Below, piece after piece: positions 46,107-53,896 of a stretch of DNA of 64,000 nt (its first letter is position 1; every line of letters starts with the position of its first letter). This DNA comes from Spirochaetota bacterium (GTDB lineage Bacteria > Spirochaetota > Spirochaetia > Treponematales > Treponemataceae): assembly GCA_023398165.1 (NCBI GenBank), contig JAEWSQ010000018.1:4581-68580 (forward strand), read 5' to 3'. Position numbers and translations under genes: made by a program. The notes below the pieces were generated by a model. That model did no database searches. It was not told the DNA's origin and worked only from the letters and a program-made list of their open reading frames with translations.

Positions 46107-48987
46107 CAAGACCGAGCTCCTTTCTTTTCCGTGTAATTTCCTCGTCAATAAGCTGGCAGTATTTATACAGTGTGGCGCGTGCATTTGCGTTATTATAAAA
46201 AACCTTGCTGTATGCAGTATCGACCATACGGACAGTATAATATCCGCCGGGAACTTCAGGAATTTCTTTTACGTGTTTCCACTGTTCCATGAGTGTCTGA
46301 GCTTCACTTTTTGACCACGGCATTTTTTCAAATGTGGTAATATTTGCAGTATTTAACCGGGCAGCCGTTCCAAGTAAAATTTCCAGCTGGGAGGCAAATT
46401 TATACTGCACATCAGGACTGCTCCACCACTTAAGAAATTCCCAGCCGGCCTCCGGATTTTTTATAGTACGGAACATTATGGATGCACCGCCTCCTGCTCC
46501 CTCGCTCCGGTCAATAGTTCCATCGCTTTTTTCCATACCCGGAATTGGAACCATACCCCATTCATTCCGAATTTCCGGAGCGGCAGCGGTAAGAAGATTA
46601 TACATGCCGTAACTGGCAATGCCCAACGGCATTTCCCCTGATCTGAATCTTGTATAAAAATCGAACTTATTTATAAAACCATAGTTGGAATAAAAATCTG
46701 TCCACTGTTTAAAAGCGGCATAAGCTTCCGGCTGAGTTAATCCTGTTTTTCTCCCATCTTCTAAATAAAAAGATCCTCCATTCTGCAGAAGCAGTGTGGG
46801 AAACAGATTACGCGAACCCATACCTGCTTGAATAAGATCCATGCTGTCAACCTGCTGATACGGAAGACCGATCTGCATATTATTGCGCTGCAGAACAGGA
46901 ATTATTGCATAGACATCTTTCCATGTCTGAGGCGGCTCAATACCGAGCTCACGGAAAATATCTTTGCGGTAGAACATCATATGAAAATCCTGCGTAAAGG
47001 GAACAGCATATACGCCTCCGCGGTAGGTGTATGGATCAAATGCAGTCTCAAAAAAATTGGAGCGGATACTTTCAAAGCCTTCAATATCAGATAGATTATA
47101 TAAGGCGCCGCGCGAAGCTAAGTCCACCGGCTGGCTTCGGGAAATATTTATTGCAACTTCGGGTCCTCTTCCTGCAAGAGTCGCTTCAATGAGGGAACCC
47201 TGAACAAGACTGAGATTTACGGCGATGCCGGTTTTGGGAGTAAAATCATTTGTTATTAAGTCCCGTAAAATTTGAGCCTGATCGCGGCCGCTTTGAATCC
47301 AAACCGAAACCGCATTTTTTTCCTTACCGCCGATGCTGTTATAGTCTTCTATAAAGGACGCAAAAAAAGCCCGTACATTAAACCATGTCTGCGCAAAAAA
47401 ATTTGCAGAGGGCTTCGGCAGATCAGTGCCTGCAGAAACAAAACCTACATAATCGAGCTCAAGAGGAATCTCTTTACGCTGAAGGATCCATGTTGCAAGA
47501 TTTGCAATATTATCTCTAAAGTTAGTCTGCTTGTACGAAATATACTGAGGCTTTTCTGCGAAGGACGCGAGCTGAAGCGCAAGAATGCGAAGTGTAGATG
47601 CCTCGCTTCCTTTTTGCCCGGTAATTTCCTCAAAAAGATCCGCCTGTTCTGTAAACCGCCGGGAAAGGGACTCAAGTCTTTCTATAAGCCCCGGAATCTC
47701 TTTTTCAAGCTGATAGTCGCGGTATTTATCGGGCTCGCTTCCCATGATCATTATAAAACGGCGGCGGAGAGTATTTACTTCATACGTTAAATCATCAAGG
47801 GCAGTGAGGATGGGAGTAAGCCGTCCCAGGCTTGTTTCCAGCCTGACGGTATGTTCCCCCTTCGTAAGATACACCGGCGTTTCCTCCCCGCTCTGCGTCC
47901 GCGGAGTTACAATCTGCCAGTTTAAGTTATACGGAATTTCAACGGTTTCATGCTCTGAACAAAGAATGCTGCCGTCTATGCTGATTTTCACTACCGCAGC
48001 CATACCGCGCTGATTATTCTGCCGGGCCTTAGTATAAAAAGTATACAGACCGTCTTCAGGTACAGTAACCTTCCATTCAGCCCACTGCCCCGGAAGTTTC
48101 CAGGTCCAGTTGCCGCCGAGTGTATTGAGGCGGATTTTTGAGGGATGAGACGGCTCGGTCGCAGCATCGGTTCGGTCGCAGGTAGGAATGAGAGTGGAAT
48201 CCGATTTTAAAAAAGGTTTTTCAGCCTGAACTTTTATGAGTACCGGTTCAAAAGTATCAGCCGTTTCACCAGAGACAGCCTCTGTATTTTTGTAAGCTGC
48301 AGAAAGCTGTTCATATGAAGGGAGCGGTTCAGAATTATACAGTCTGATACTTTTAATCGCCAGAGCTTCGCGTTTAAGAACAAGCGTCACAGAGTGTGAG
48401 CCTTTATCAATGTAGAGGGGGATTCTCTTATTGTAAAAACCCTGGGTATCAATAAAATCCCGAACGGTCCATTGAGGTTCTTCTTCCTGCTCCGGATACA
48501 GATCGTTTCCGTTGCCGTCTTTGCGGATATCCCCGGCATCTTTCCATGTACGGTAAAACCTTACGCTCATAAAATCGTCATGGGGAACCTTGCCGTCAAG
48601 TCTCAGCTCAAATTCAATGCTCATCCCCTTCCCGGAAAGAGGATAATATTCAAGCTCAACATAATAAATACCGCTTTCGCCGATATTCACAGGCCATGTG
48701 ACTTCACCCTCTTCATTAGTCCAGGCAAGCACATTCTCTTTTCCTTCCAGTTCGCCTATACGTTCAATAACAGCATTATTCGACCCGCTGTAGGAAAGCG
48801 CATCTATTACAACAACAGTATTTGGATTTTCTGCATTTTCATGTTCTTTAAGATACCCGCTTATTGAACTGCCCCTCGTCCAGCGGATAACAGATTTTTC
48901 AACACCGGAATAATCCTCTGTACTGATATGAGAAAAAAGCAGTAAAGATACTATAACTGATAAAAGCACCTTCCGTTGATTGCTCAC
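46099..48987 (-). CDS. Giant (962 aa) extracellular solute-binding protein: two N-terminal CBM-like beta-sandwich modules, a helical linker and a C-terminal family-1 SBP fold
   Basis: Signal peptide. Repeated modules (GIYYVELEYYPLSGKGMSIEFELRLDG and GLYTFYTKARQNNQRGMAAVVKISIDG). The C-terminal ~430 aa are SBP-like (VWIQSGRDQAQILRDLITNDFTPKTGIAVNL...). GTG start with GAGGGG 6 nt upstream. Confidence 0.82.
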   Translation of the reverse strand: MSNQRKVLLSVIVSLLLFSHISTEDYSGVEKSVIRWTRGSSISGYLKEHENAENPNTVVVIDALSYSGSNNAVIERIGELEGKENVLAWTNEEGEVTWPVNIGESGIYYVELEYYPLSGKGMSIEFELRLDGKVPHDDFMSVRFYRTWKDAGDIRKDGNGNDLYPEQEEEPQWTVRDFIDTQGFYNKRIPLYIDKGSHSVTLVLKREALAIKSIRLYNSEPLPSYEQLSAAYKNTEAVSGETADTFEPVLIKVQAEKPFLKSDSTLIPTCDRTDAATEPSHPSKIRLNTLGGNWTWKLPGQWAEWKVTVPEDGLYTFYTKARQNNQRGMAAVVKISIDGSILCSEHETVEIPYNLNWQIVTPRTQSGEETPVYLTKGEHTVRLETSLGRLTPILTALDDLTYEVNTLRRRFIMIMGSEPDKYRDYQLEKEIPGLIERLESLSRRFTEQADLFEEITGQKGSEASTLRILALQLASFAEKPQYISYKQTNFRDNIANLATWILQRKEIPLELDYVGFVSAGTDLPKPSANFFAQTWFNVRAFFASFIEDYNSIGGKEKNAVSVWIQSGRDQAQILRDLITNDFTPKTGIAVNLSLVQGSLIEATLAGRGPEVAINISRSQPVDLASRGALYNLSDIEGFESIRSNFFETAFDPYTYRGGVYAVPFTQDFHMMFYRKDIFRELGIEPPQTWKDVYAIIPVLQRNNMQIGLPYQQVDSMDLIQAGMGSRNLFPTLLLQNGGSFYLEDGRKTGLTQPEAYAAFKQWTDFYSNYGFINKFDFYTRFRSGEMPLGIASYGMYNLLTAAAPEIRNEWGMVPIPGMEKSDGTIDRSEGAGGGASIMFRTIKNPEAGWEFLKWWSSPDVQYKFASQLEILLGTAARLNTANITTFEKMPWSKSEAQTLMEQWKHVKEIPEVPGGYYTVRMVDTAYSKVFYNNANARATLYKYCQLIDEEITRKRKELGLDE

Positions 48988-49235
48988 TATAAACCCCTCA
49001 GGCTTTTTGCTTAATACTACCTATAAACTCTATCAGATATGATAAACCCCTTTTTAAAAAACCGCAATAAAAAAGTGCTAAAAAATGTTAATTTTTAGCT
49101 TTATTATAACTTAATTTAGTTTACCAAAATCCATGTAACTTCCCTGTTTTCAATCATTAACACCGATAATAGCGCAATATAGCGGGGTTTTTAGCTTATT
49201 TAAGGTATTTATTTACTTTATTAATCATTTTTTTG

Positions 49236-49264
49236 TTGCAGTATTTGAAAAGCACCTGTATAAT
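49236..49264 (+). promoter_or_regulatory. Sigma70-like promoter for the 49297 lipoprotein gene
   Basis: TTGCAG (49236-49241), 17 nt spacer, TATAAT (49259-49264). A 32-nt leader carries GGAGG before the ATG. Confidence 0.55.
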
Positions 49265-49296
49265 AATGATAACTAATCAGCAAATGGAGGAATTCG

Positions 49297-49926
49297 ATGA
49301 AGAAATTAAATGTATTAGTTGTTTTTATTGCGGTTATGCTCATGTTCTCAGGATGTGCATCAAAACCTGAAGAAGCAGCAGCTCCGGTACAGGAGGCAGC
49401 AGCTGCAGAAACACCTTCGTATGTGGAACTTGCAATGCCCTCAGGCGAAGCTGTTCTCATGGATAATTTTGAAGACGGCAACTTCTGGTATGCTGTTGCA
49501 GACAGCTGGGATCAGTGGGGAAGCCATAACCTCTCACTCACTGCTGAGCTTTCAAAAAGCTGGGGAACAGACGGCGGCACATCACTGGAATGCGTTTACG
49601 ATATAGCAACCGCAGATACCTCAAAGCAATCATCGTTCTGCTGCGACCAGCCTTTGGAAACAGACTGGACCGGTGCGAAATTCATTGTATTCGATATTAA
49701 TAATGTTGAAAAACAGGATGTTCAGCTTAACGTAGCTCTCCAGACAACAGACGCATGGACATGGTCACAGTCAGCAGATCTCATATTCCCCCCCGGAGAA
49801 CATCTTGCAGTATTTGCAGTCGATGCGTTTGCAGGACTTGAAGCTGTCAAACGCATGATCATTAACGTTACCGGTGAAAATCCCGGCGGAACTCTTCTTA
49901 TCGACAACTATAGAGTCATTTACTGA
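49297..49926 (+). CDS. Lipoprotein with a carbohydrate-binding-module-like beta-sandwich
   Basis: Lipobox MLMFSGC followed by an Ala/Glu/Pro linker. The remaining ~150 aa are aromatic-rich (NFEDGNFWYAVADSWDQWGS...LLIDNYRVIY), resembling CBM11/CIA30-type folds. Confidence 0.6.
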   Translation: MKKLNVLVVFIAVMLMFSGCASKPEEAAAPVQEAAAAETPSYVELAMPSGEAVLMDNFEDGNFWYAVADSWDQWGSHNLSLTAELSKSWGTDGGTSLECVYDIATADTSKQSSFCCDQPLETDWTGAKFIVFDINNVEKQDVQLNVALQTTDAWTWSQSADLIFPPGEHLAVFAVDAFAGLEAVKRMIINVTGENPGGTLLIDNYRVIY

Positions 49927-49946
49927 TAGCATAATTGGAAAAACGA

Positions 49947-49979
49947 AGCTCCCGGCAAAAAGCCAGGGAGCTTTTTTTT
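49947..49979 (+). terminator. Rho-independent terminator
   Basis: AGCTCCC (49947-49953) pairs with GGGAGCT (49966-49972), with 3 extra pairs, and is followed by T8. Confidence 0.75.
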
Positions 49980-50189
49980 ACTATACAGGGGTATTCATTG
50001 GAACCGTTTCCTGAGTAAACATTGCCTCAACCCGCTTAAAAACCGTACAGCTGTGAAGTCCTTCGCCCAAATCAGATTCAAGAACATATGTTGTCTTTTC
50101 CATGTTTGACAGGTGAAGAAGATAAATTTTTTTTGTCAATTATGATATTGAAATAAGAATACAAACTGACAAGAAGGATGAGGCCTTCA

Positions 50190-51374
50190 TCACTGAACTC
50201 CTGTTAGTACAATCCCTGCAATATTGACAAATTTTCCCTCGTCAGTAGCTCTGCTTTTTTTGACTGCTATATGAAGTATTCCCTTTTTGACATCCGTTCC
50301 GCAAAAAATTTCAGCATAATACCAGCCCAGGTATCCGTTTCTTGAAGCATTATAGCAGTTAAGACTTACCTTCTTTCCTGTTGTGCCGTCGAACCACTCT
50401 ATCCAGGCCTCTCCGTTGCGGTAAGTATTACTCTCTGCATACAGTATACCGCACGATGTTCCGCTTACTTCAAAACTTATAACAGCATCTGCCTTGGCCG
50501 TGTTCCAGCCCTGCTTAACATTGCCTATTCTTTTCCAGTCATCGTGACTAGGACTTCCTGTCTCCCAGCCGGTATTTAAAACCGGTTCAGCCGTAATACT
50601 GTACAATACAGAGGTATTTTCAAAATCAGCCTGTGTCAGAGGATCCGGAAGCTCATAGGGAATACGTATATCAGCATTCGATCCTTGTGAAGCCCAGACT
50701 TTTTCAAGCTGTTCAATAATATATGAAGCTATGGAAGCATGGCCTGCATCATTGGGATGAATTGTTTCGGCTCCGTTAAAATATGTATTCCACACAGTCC
50801 CGTCGTTTTCTGAGCTAACACAATCCTTCCAGCTGATATACGGAATGCCGTAATGACTGCATATTTTTTGCTGCTCCTCCTGATTGCTCCTATAAGGAGG
50901 ATTTTTCTCATTTACAAACAAAGAGAAGACAGCACTTCCGTTTTTAAGCATCGAACGGATTATTCCCTCATAACTGCGCTCTCTAACCCTGCGGTCAAGC
51001 CACTGGTCATTCATGGCAAATTCCAAAAATACGAGGTCTGGATTTCTGTCTAGAATGTGATCCTTCAAACGTGCGGCGGCAAAAGCAGAATCTGTTCCGC
51101 TGACTCCCGCATTATAATAGACAACCCTGCCGCCTGTTTCTTCTGCCTTTTTCTGCCACCATTCATTGACAACGGCTGCCCAGCCTTTTTGAAGAGGAGG
51201 ATTTGCCGCATAACCTGTTGTAATTGAACCGCCTAGAGCTGTAATACTAATCTCATTACCGCTTTTTAATCGAGCCATTACGGCAGAAAGAGATGAAAAG
51301 GAATCTGACAATGATTCCTGAGAGTATGCAGACATAAGAAAACCTGATGTAAGAATTATAAAAAATTTCTTCAT
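50190..51374 (-). CDS. Secreted SGNH/GDSL-family esterase with a C-terminal beta-sandwich domain
   Basis: Signal peptide. SGNH blocks are ALGGSIT (I), GVSGTDS (II), FAMNDQ (III) and HPNDAGH (V), followed by an extra domain of about 150 aa. Confidence 0.8.
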   Translation of the reverse strand: MKKFFIILTSGFLMSAYSQESLSDSFSSLSAVMARLKSGNEISITALGGSITTGYAANPPLQKGWAAVVNEWWQKKAEETGGRVVYYNAGVSGTDSAFAAARLKDHILDRNPDLVFLEFAMNDQWLDRRVRERSYEGIIRSMLKNGSAVFSLFVNEKNPPYRSNQEEQQKICSHYGIPYISWKDCVSSENDGTVWNTYFNGAETIHPNDAGHASIASYIIEQLEKVWASQGSNADIRIPYELPDPLTQADFENTSVLYSITAEPVLNTGWETGSPSHDDWKRIGNVKQGWNTAKADAVISFEVSGTSCGILYAESNTYRNGEAWIEWFDGTTGKKVSLNCYNASRNGYLGWYYAEIFCGTDVKKGILHIAVKKSRATDEGKFVNIAGIVLTGVQ

Positions 51375-51375
51375 G

Positions 51376-52398
51376 CTACCGGCTTCCGGAAGCGCCTTTT
51401 ACCGTGTCTTTAAGAATTATTTTTCCGCCTATTGAATTGCGCCCCTTATTGTACGGACGTTTTGAAAGTTTTTTTAATATTAAGTCGACTGCAGTACGGG
51501 CCATTCCGACTGTATCGACTTCGACTGTGGTTATTCCAAGTTCAGGAATCGGCATGCGAAGATAGTTATCAAAGCCTACAACAGAAATATCTTCGGGAAC
51601 AGAATATCCTTCGCTGCGCAGCTGTCGAATAAGTGTTGCGGCAGCTTCATCGTTGTTGCATACAAAAGCTGTGGGAAGTTTTTTTGGAAGGACAAGGGGA
51701 AGAAGATGACCATCCTGATCCCGGTCATCGATTACATCAGATTTGGAAACTTCAAGGTCATGCTCCATCATGGCTTTTAAATACCCCATGTAGCGGTCCT
51801 GAATACTTGTCGTTGACTTGAATGTTCCGACAAAGCCTATTTTTTTATGCCCCAGCTTTATAAGATATAAGGTCATCATATACATGCAGTAAAAGTTATC
51901 AGTTGTTACAGAATCATAATTATGGTTGCCGTTGTAAAAATCAAGAAGCACAAAATTTGCATACTGCTCTGTAAAATACTCAATATACGGTTCACTGCAC
52001 TGCCCGAGAATGATTACTCCGTCAACTTTTCTTTCCTGAATCATACGCGGCATACGGTGGGCGGATTCATCTTCGGGAGAAAGAATTTCCATTATACAGT
52101 AGTAATCATGCTGAAGAAGAGAAAGCGCAACATCATTATATAAGACCCAGTAAAAAGACGAATTCTTACCGAAAAACCGGGACGGTATTAAAACACCTAT
52201 ATTCCCTGTAGAACCGGCTTTATGCATTTTTCCTGCTGATTTAAACCGGTAGCCCATATCTATTGCCGATTGTTTAATTCGTTCACGAAGTTCCTCGCTG
52301 ACCCCGTCCTTATCTGCAAGCGCCTTTGAAACCGTAACCGTGCTTACACCCATTTTTTCTGCAATATCTGCAAGCCGAATCTTATTATGAGCTGACAT
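51376..52398 (-). CDS. LacI-family transcriptional regulator
   Basis: N-terminal HTH IRLADIAEKMGVSTVTVSKALADKDGVSEELRERIKQSAIDMGY plus a periplasmic-binding-protein-like effector domain. GAGGAG RBS. The stop is 1 nt before the esterase start. Confidence 0.93.
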   Translation of the reverse strand: MSAHNKIRLADIAEKMGVSTVTVSKALADKDGVSEELRERIKQSAIDMGYRFKSAGKMHKAGSTGNIGVLIPSRFFGKNSSFYWVLYNDVALSLLQHDYYCIMEILSPEDESAHRMPRMIQERKVDGVIILGQCSEPYIEYFTEQYANFVLLDFYNGNHNYDSVTTDNFYCMYMMTLYLIKLGHKKIGFVGTFKSTTSIQDRYMGYLKAMMEHDLEVSKSDVIDDRDQDGHLLPLVLPKKLPTAFVCNNDEAAATLIRQLRSEGYSVPEDISVVGFDNYLRMPIPELGITTVEVDTVGMARTAVDLILKKLSKRPYNKGRNSIGGKIILKDTVKGASGSR

Positions 52399-52529
52399 TG
52401 GAACTCCTCACTTGTCCTTGGCTGTATACTAACAGAATAACTTTTTTTACTTAAAAATGCAAGTTTTTTTAACAATTTTTCTCTAAAACAAAGCTAATTG
52501 AACTGATATAAAACAGGCTTTATCCTTTA

Positions 52530-52558
52530 TTGATACTTAAAATCTTTTTTGCTATACT
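52530..52558 (+). promoter_or_regulatory. Sigma70-like promoter ending 6 nt before the his fusion gene ATG (leaderless candidate)
   Basis: TTGATA (52530-52535), 17 nt spacer, TATACT (52553-52558), then CATGTA, then ATG at 52565. No SD. Confidence 0.5.
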
Positions 52559-52564
52559 CATGTA

Positions 52565-53866
52565 ATGGTAATATCATCTATCGATTTAAAGAATGGCAAA
52601 GTCGTTCAGCTCAAAAACGGCAAAGAACCGGTTCTTGAAAGAAATGACCCGGAAGAATTAATAAAGGATTTCAATTTTTACGGTGAAACCGCAGTAATAG
52701 ACTTGGACGCGGCGCTCGGCAATAGTATTAGCGAAGGAAAGCAAAAGGGTGAAACTCTCAATACTCCTATATTAAAAAATCTTTTGCGCAAAGGATCAGT
52801 TCGCGTCGGCGGCGGAATACGGGACGTAAAAAAAGCTAAAGAGCTTATTTCCCTCGGAGCCGAAAAAGTAATTATAGGTTCTTCTGCATGGAAAGACGGA
52901 CACCTGAATACCGAATTTTTAAAAGAACTTCATAAAGCTGTCGGAAAACAGCGCGTTATTATATCTGTCGATGCCGTCAACGGAATGATCGCCGTAAAAG
53001 GATGGACAGAGACTTCGGGAATCCCTCTTATTGAAGGAGCAATCGAGGCACAGCAATGGGCCAGCGAACTTCTATTTACCTGTGTTGAGCGCGAAGGATG
53101 CATGACAGGCATAGATATGGATCTGGTTACCAAACTGAGGGAAAAAGTAAGCTGCCGGCTTGTTGTTGCAGGCGGTGTTTCAAGCGTGGAAGAAATTACC
53201 GCTCTGGAAAAAATCGGCTGCGATGTTCAGCTCGGCATGGCTCTCTATACCGGGAAAGTTGCTTTAAAAGACGCATTTGTTTCCTGTCTTAACTGGGAAA
53301 AAGCGGAAGAAAACACAAATGGCCTTATTCCTGTGATTGCACAAAGCACCTCGGGCGAAGTTCTTATGACAGGATTTGCAAATAAAGAGGCTTTTTATAA
53401 GACGTTCGACACCAAAAAACTAACCTTCTGGTCCAGGACGAGAAATGTACTCTGGACAAAGGGAGAACACTCGGGAAATTTTTTGGAAGTTCAGAAACTC
53501 AGGGCTGACTGCGACCGCGATACTGTTCTTGCAACCGTTATACCTCATGGACCGGTATGCCACACAGGAAGCTGGACCTGTTTCTCATCCGAAGCGGACG
53601 CTTCCTCATCTTTCGAGCGCTTATATAGTGTCATAACACAGCGGTTCGCCAATCCCTCGCCAGGCTCATACACCGCAACACTGAACGATACGCTGGTTCG
53701 TGAGAAAATCGAAGAGGAAGCAGAGGAACTGACAGAGGCAGAATCGAAGGATGATGTTATTTGGGAGGCAGCAGATTTATTGTATTTCGTAAGCGTGCTG
53801 CTGTATAAAGAAGGCGTCAGCTGGAACGAGGTTCTTGGAGAACTCGACCGCCGCCACAAAAAATAG
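52565..53866 (+). CDS. Tri-domain histidine biosynthesis protein: HisA-like (beta/alpha)8 barrel, HisI (PR-AMP cyclohydrolase) and HisE (PR-ATP pyrophosphatase)
   Basis: aa 1-240: MVISSIDLKNGKVVQLKNG...VGGGIRD...VAGGVSS, HisA/HisF family. aa 250-340: LIPVIAQSTSGEVLMTGFANKEAF...WSRTRNVLWTKGEHSGNFLEV..LRADCDRDTVL...CHTGSWTCF, HisI. aa 348-433: SYTATL...KIEEEAEEL...EAADLLYF, HisE. Confidence 0.85.
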   Translation: MVISSIDLKNGKVVQLKNGKEPVLERNDPEELIKDFNFYGETAVIDLDAALGNSISEGKQKGETLNTPILKNLLRKGSVRVGGGIRDVKKAKELISLGAEKVIIGSSAWKDGHLNTEFLKELHKAVGKQRVIISVDAVNGMIAVKGWTETSGIPLIEGAIEAQQWASELLFTCVEREGCMTGIDMDLVTKLREKVSCRLVVAGGVSSVEEITALEKIGCDVQLGMALYTGKVALKDAFVSCLNWEKAEENTNGLIPVIAQSTSGEVLMTGFANKEAFYKTFDTKKLTFWSRTRNVLWTKGEHSGNFLEVQKLRADCDRDTVLATVIPHGPVCHTGSWTCFSSEADASSSFERLYSVITQRFANPSPGSYTATLNDTLVREKIEEEAEELTEAESKDDVIWEAADLLYFVSVLLYKEGVSWNEVLGELDRRHKK

Positions 53867-53896
53867 TTTGATATATCATATAGAAGGAGGATGACG

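Noticed and set aside
47272-47790. A 172-aa plus-strand ORF antisense to the giant binding-protein gene. Similar antisense ORFs occur at 14187-14549, 19410-19745, 20181-20636, 36554-36925 and 62355-62771.
   Set aside because: All lie wholly inside well-supported genes on the other strand. They encode Cys/Arg/Ser/Phe-rich low-complexity strings and lack an RBS.
49981-50103. A 40-codon minus-strand ORF (MEKTTYVLESDLGEGLHSCTVFKRVEAMFTQETVPMNTPV) in the spacer between the lipoprotein terminator and the esterase gene.
   Set aside because: It has no Shine-Dalgarno motif, no recognisable family and no hydrophobic segment. It is preceded by a TTGACA, but the -10 element is poor. There is not enough evidence to call a gene.
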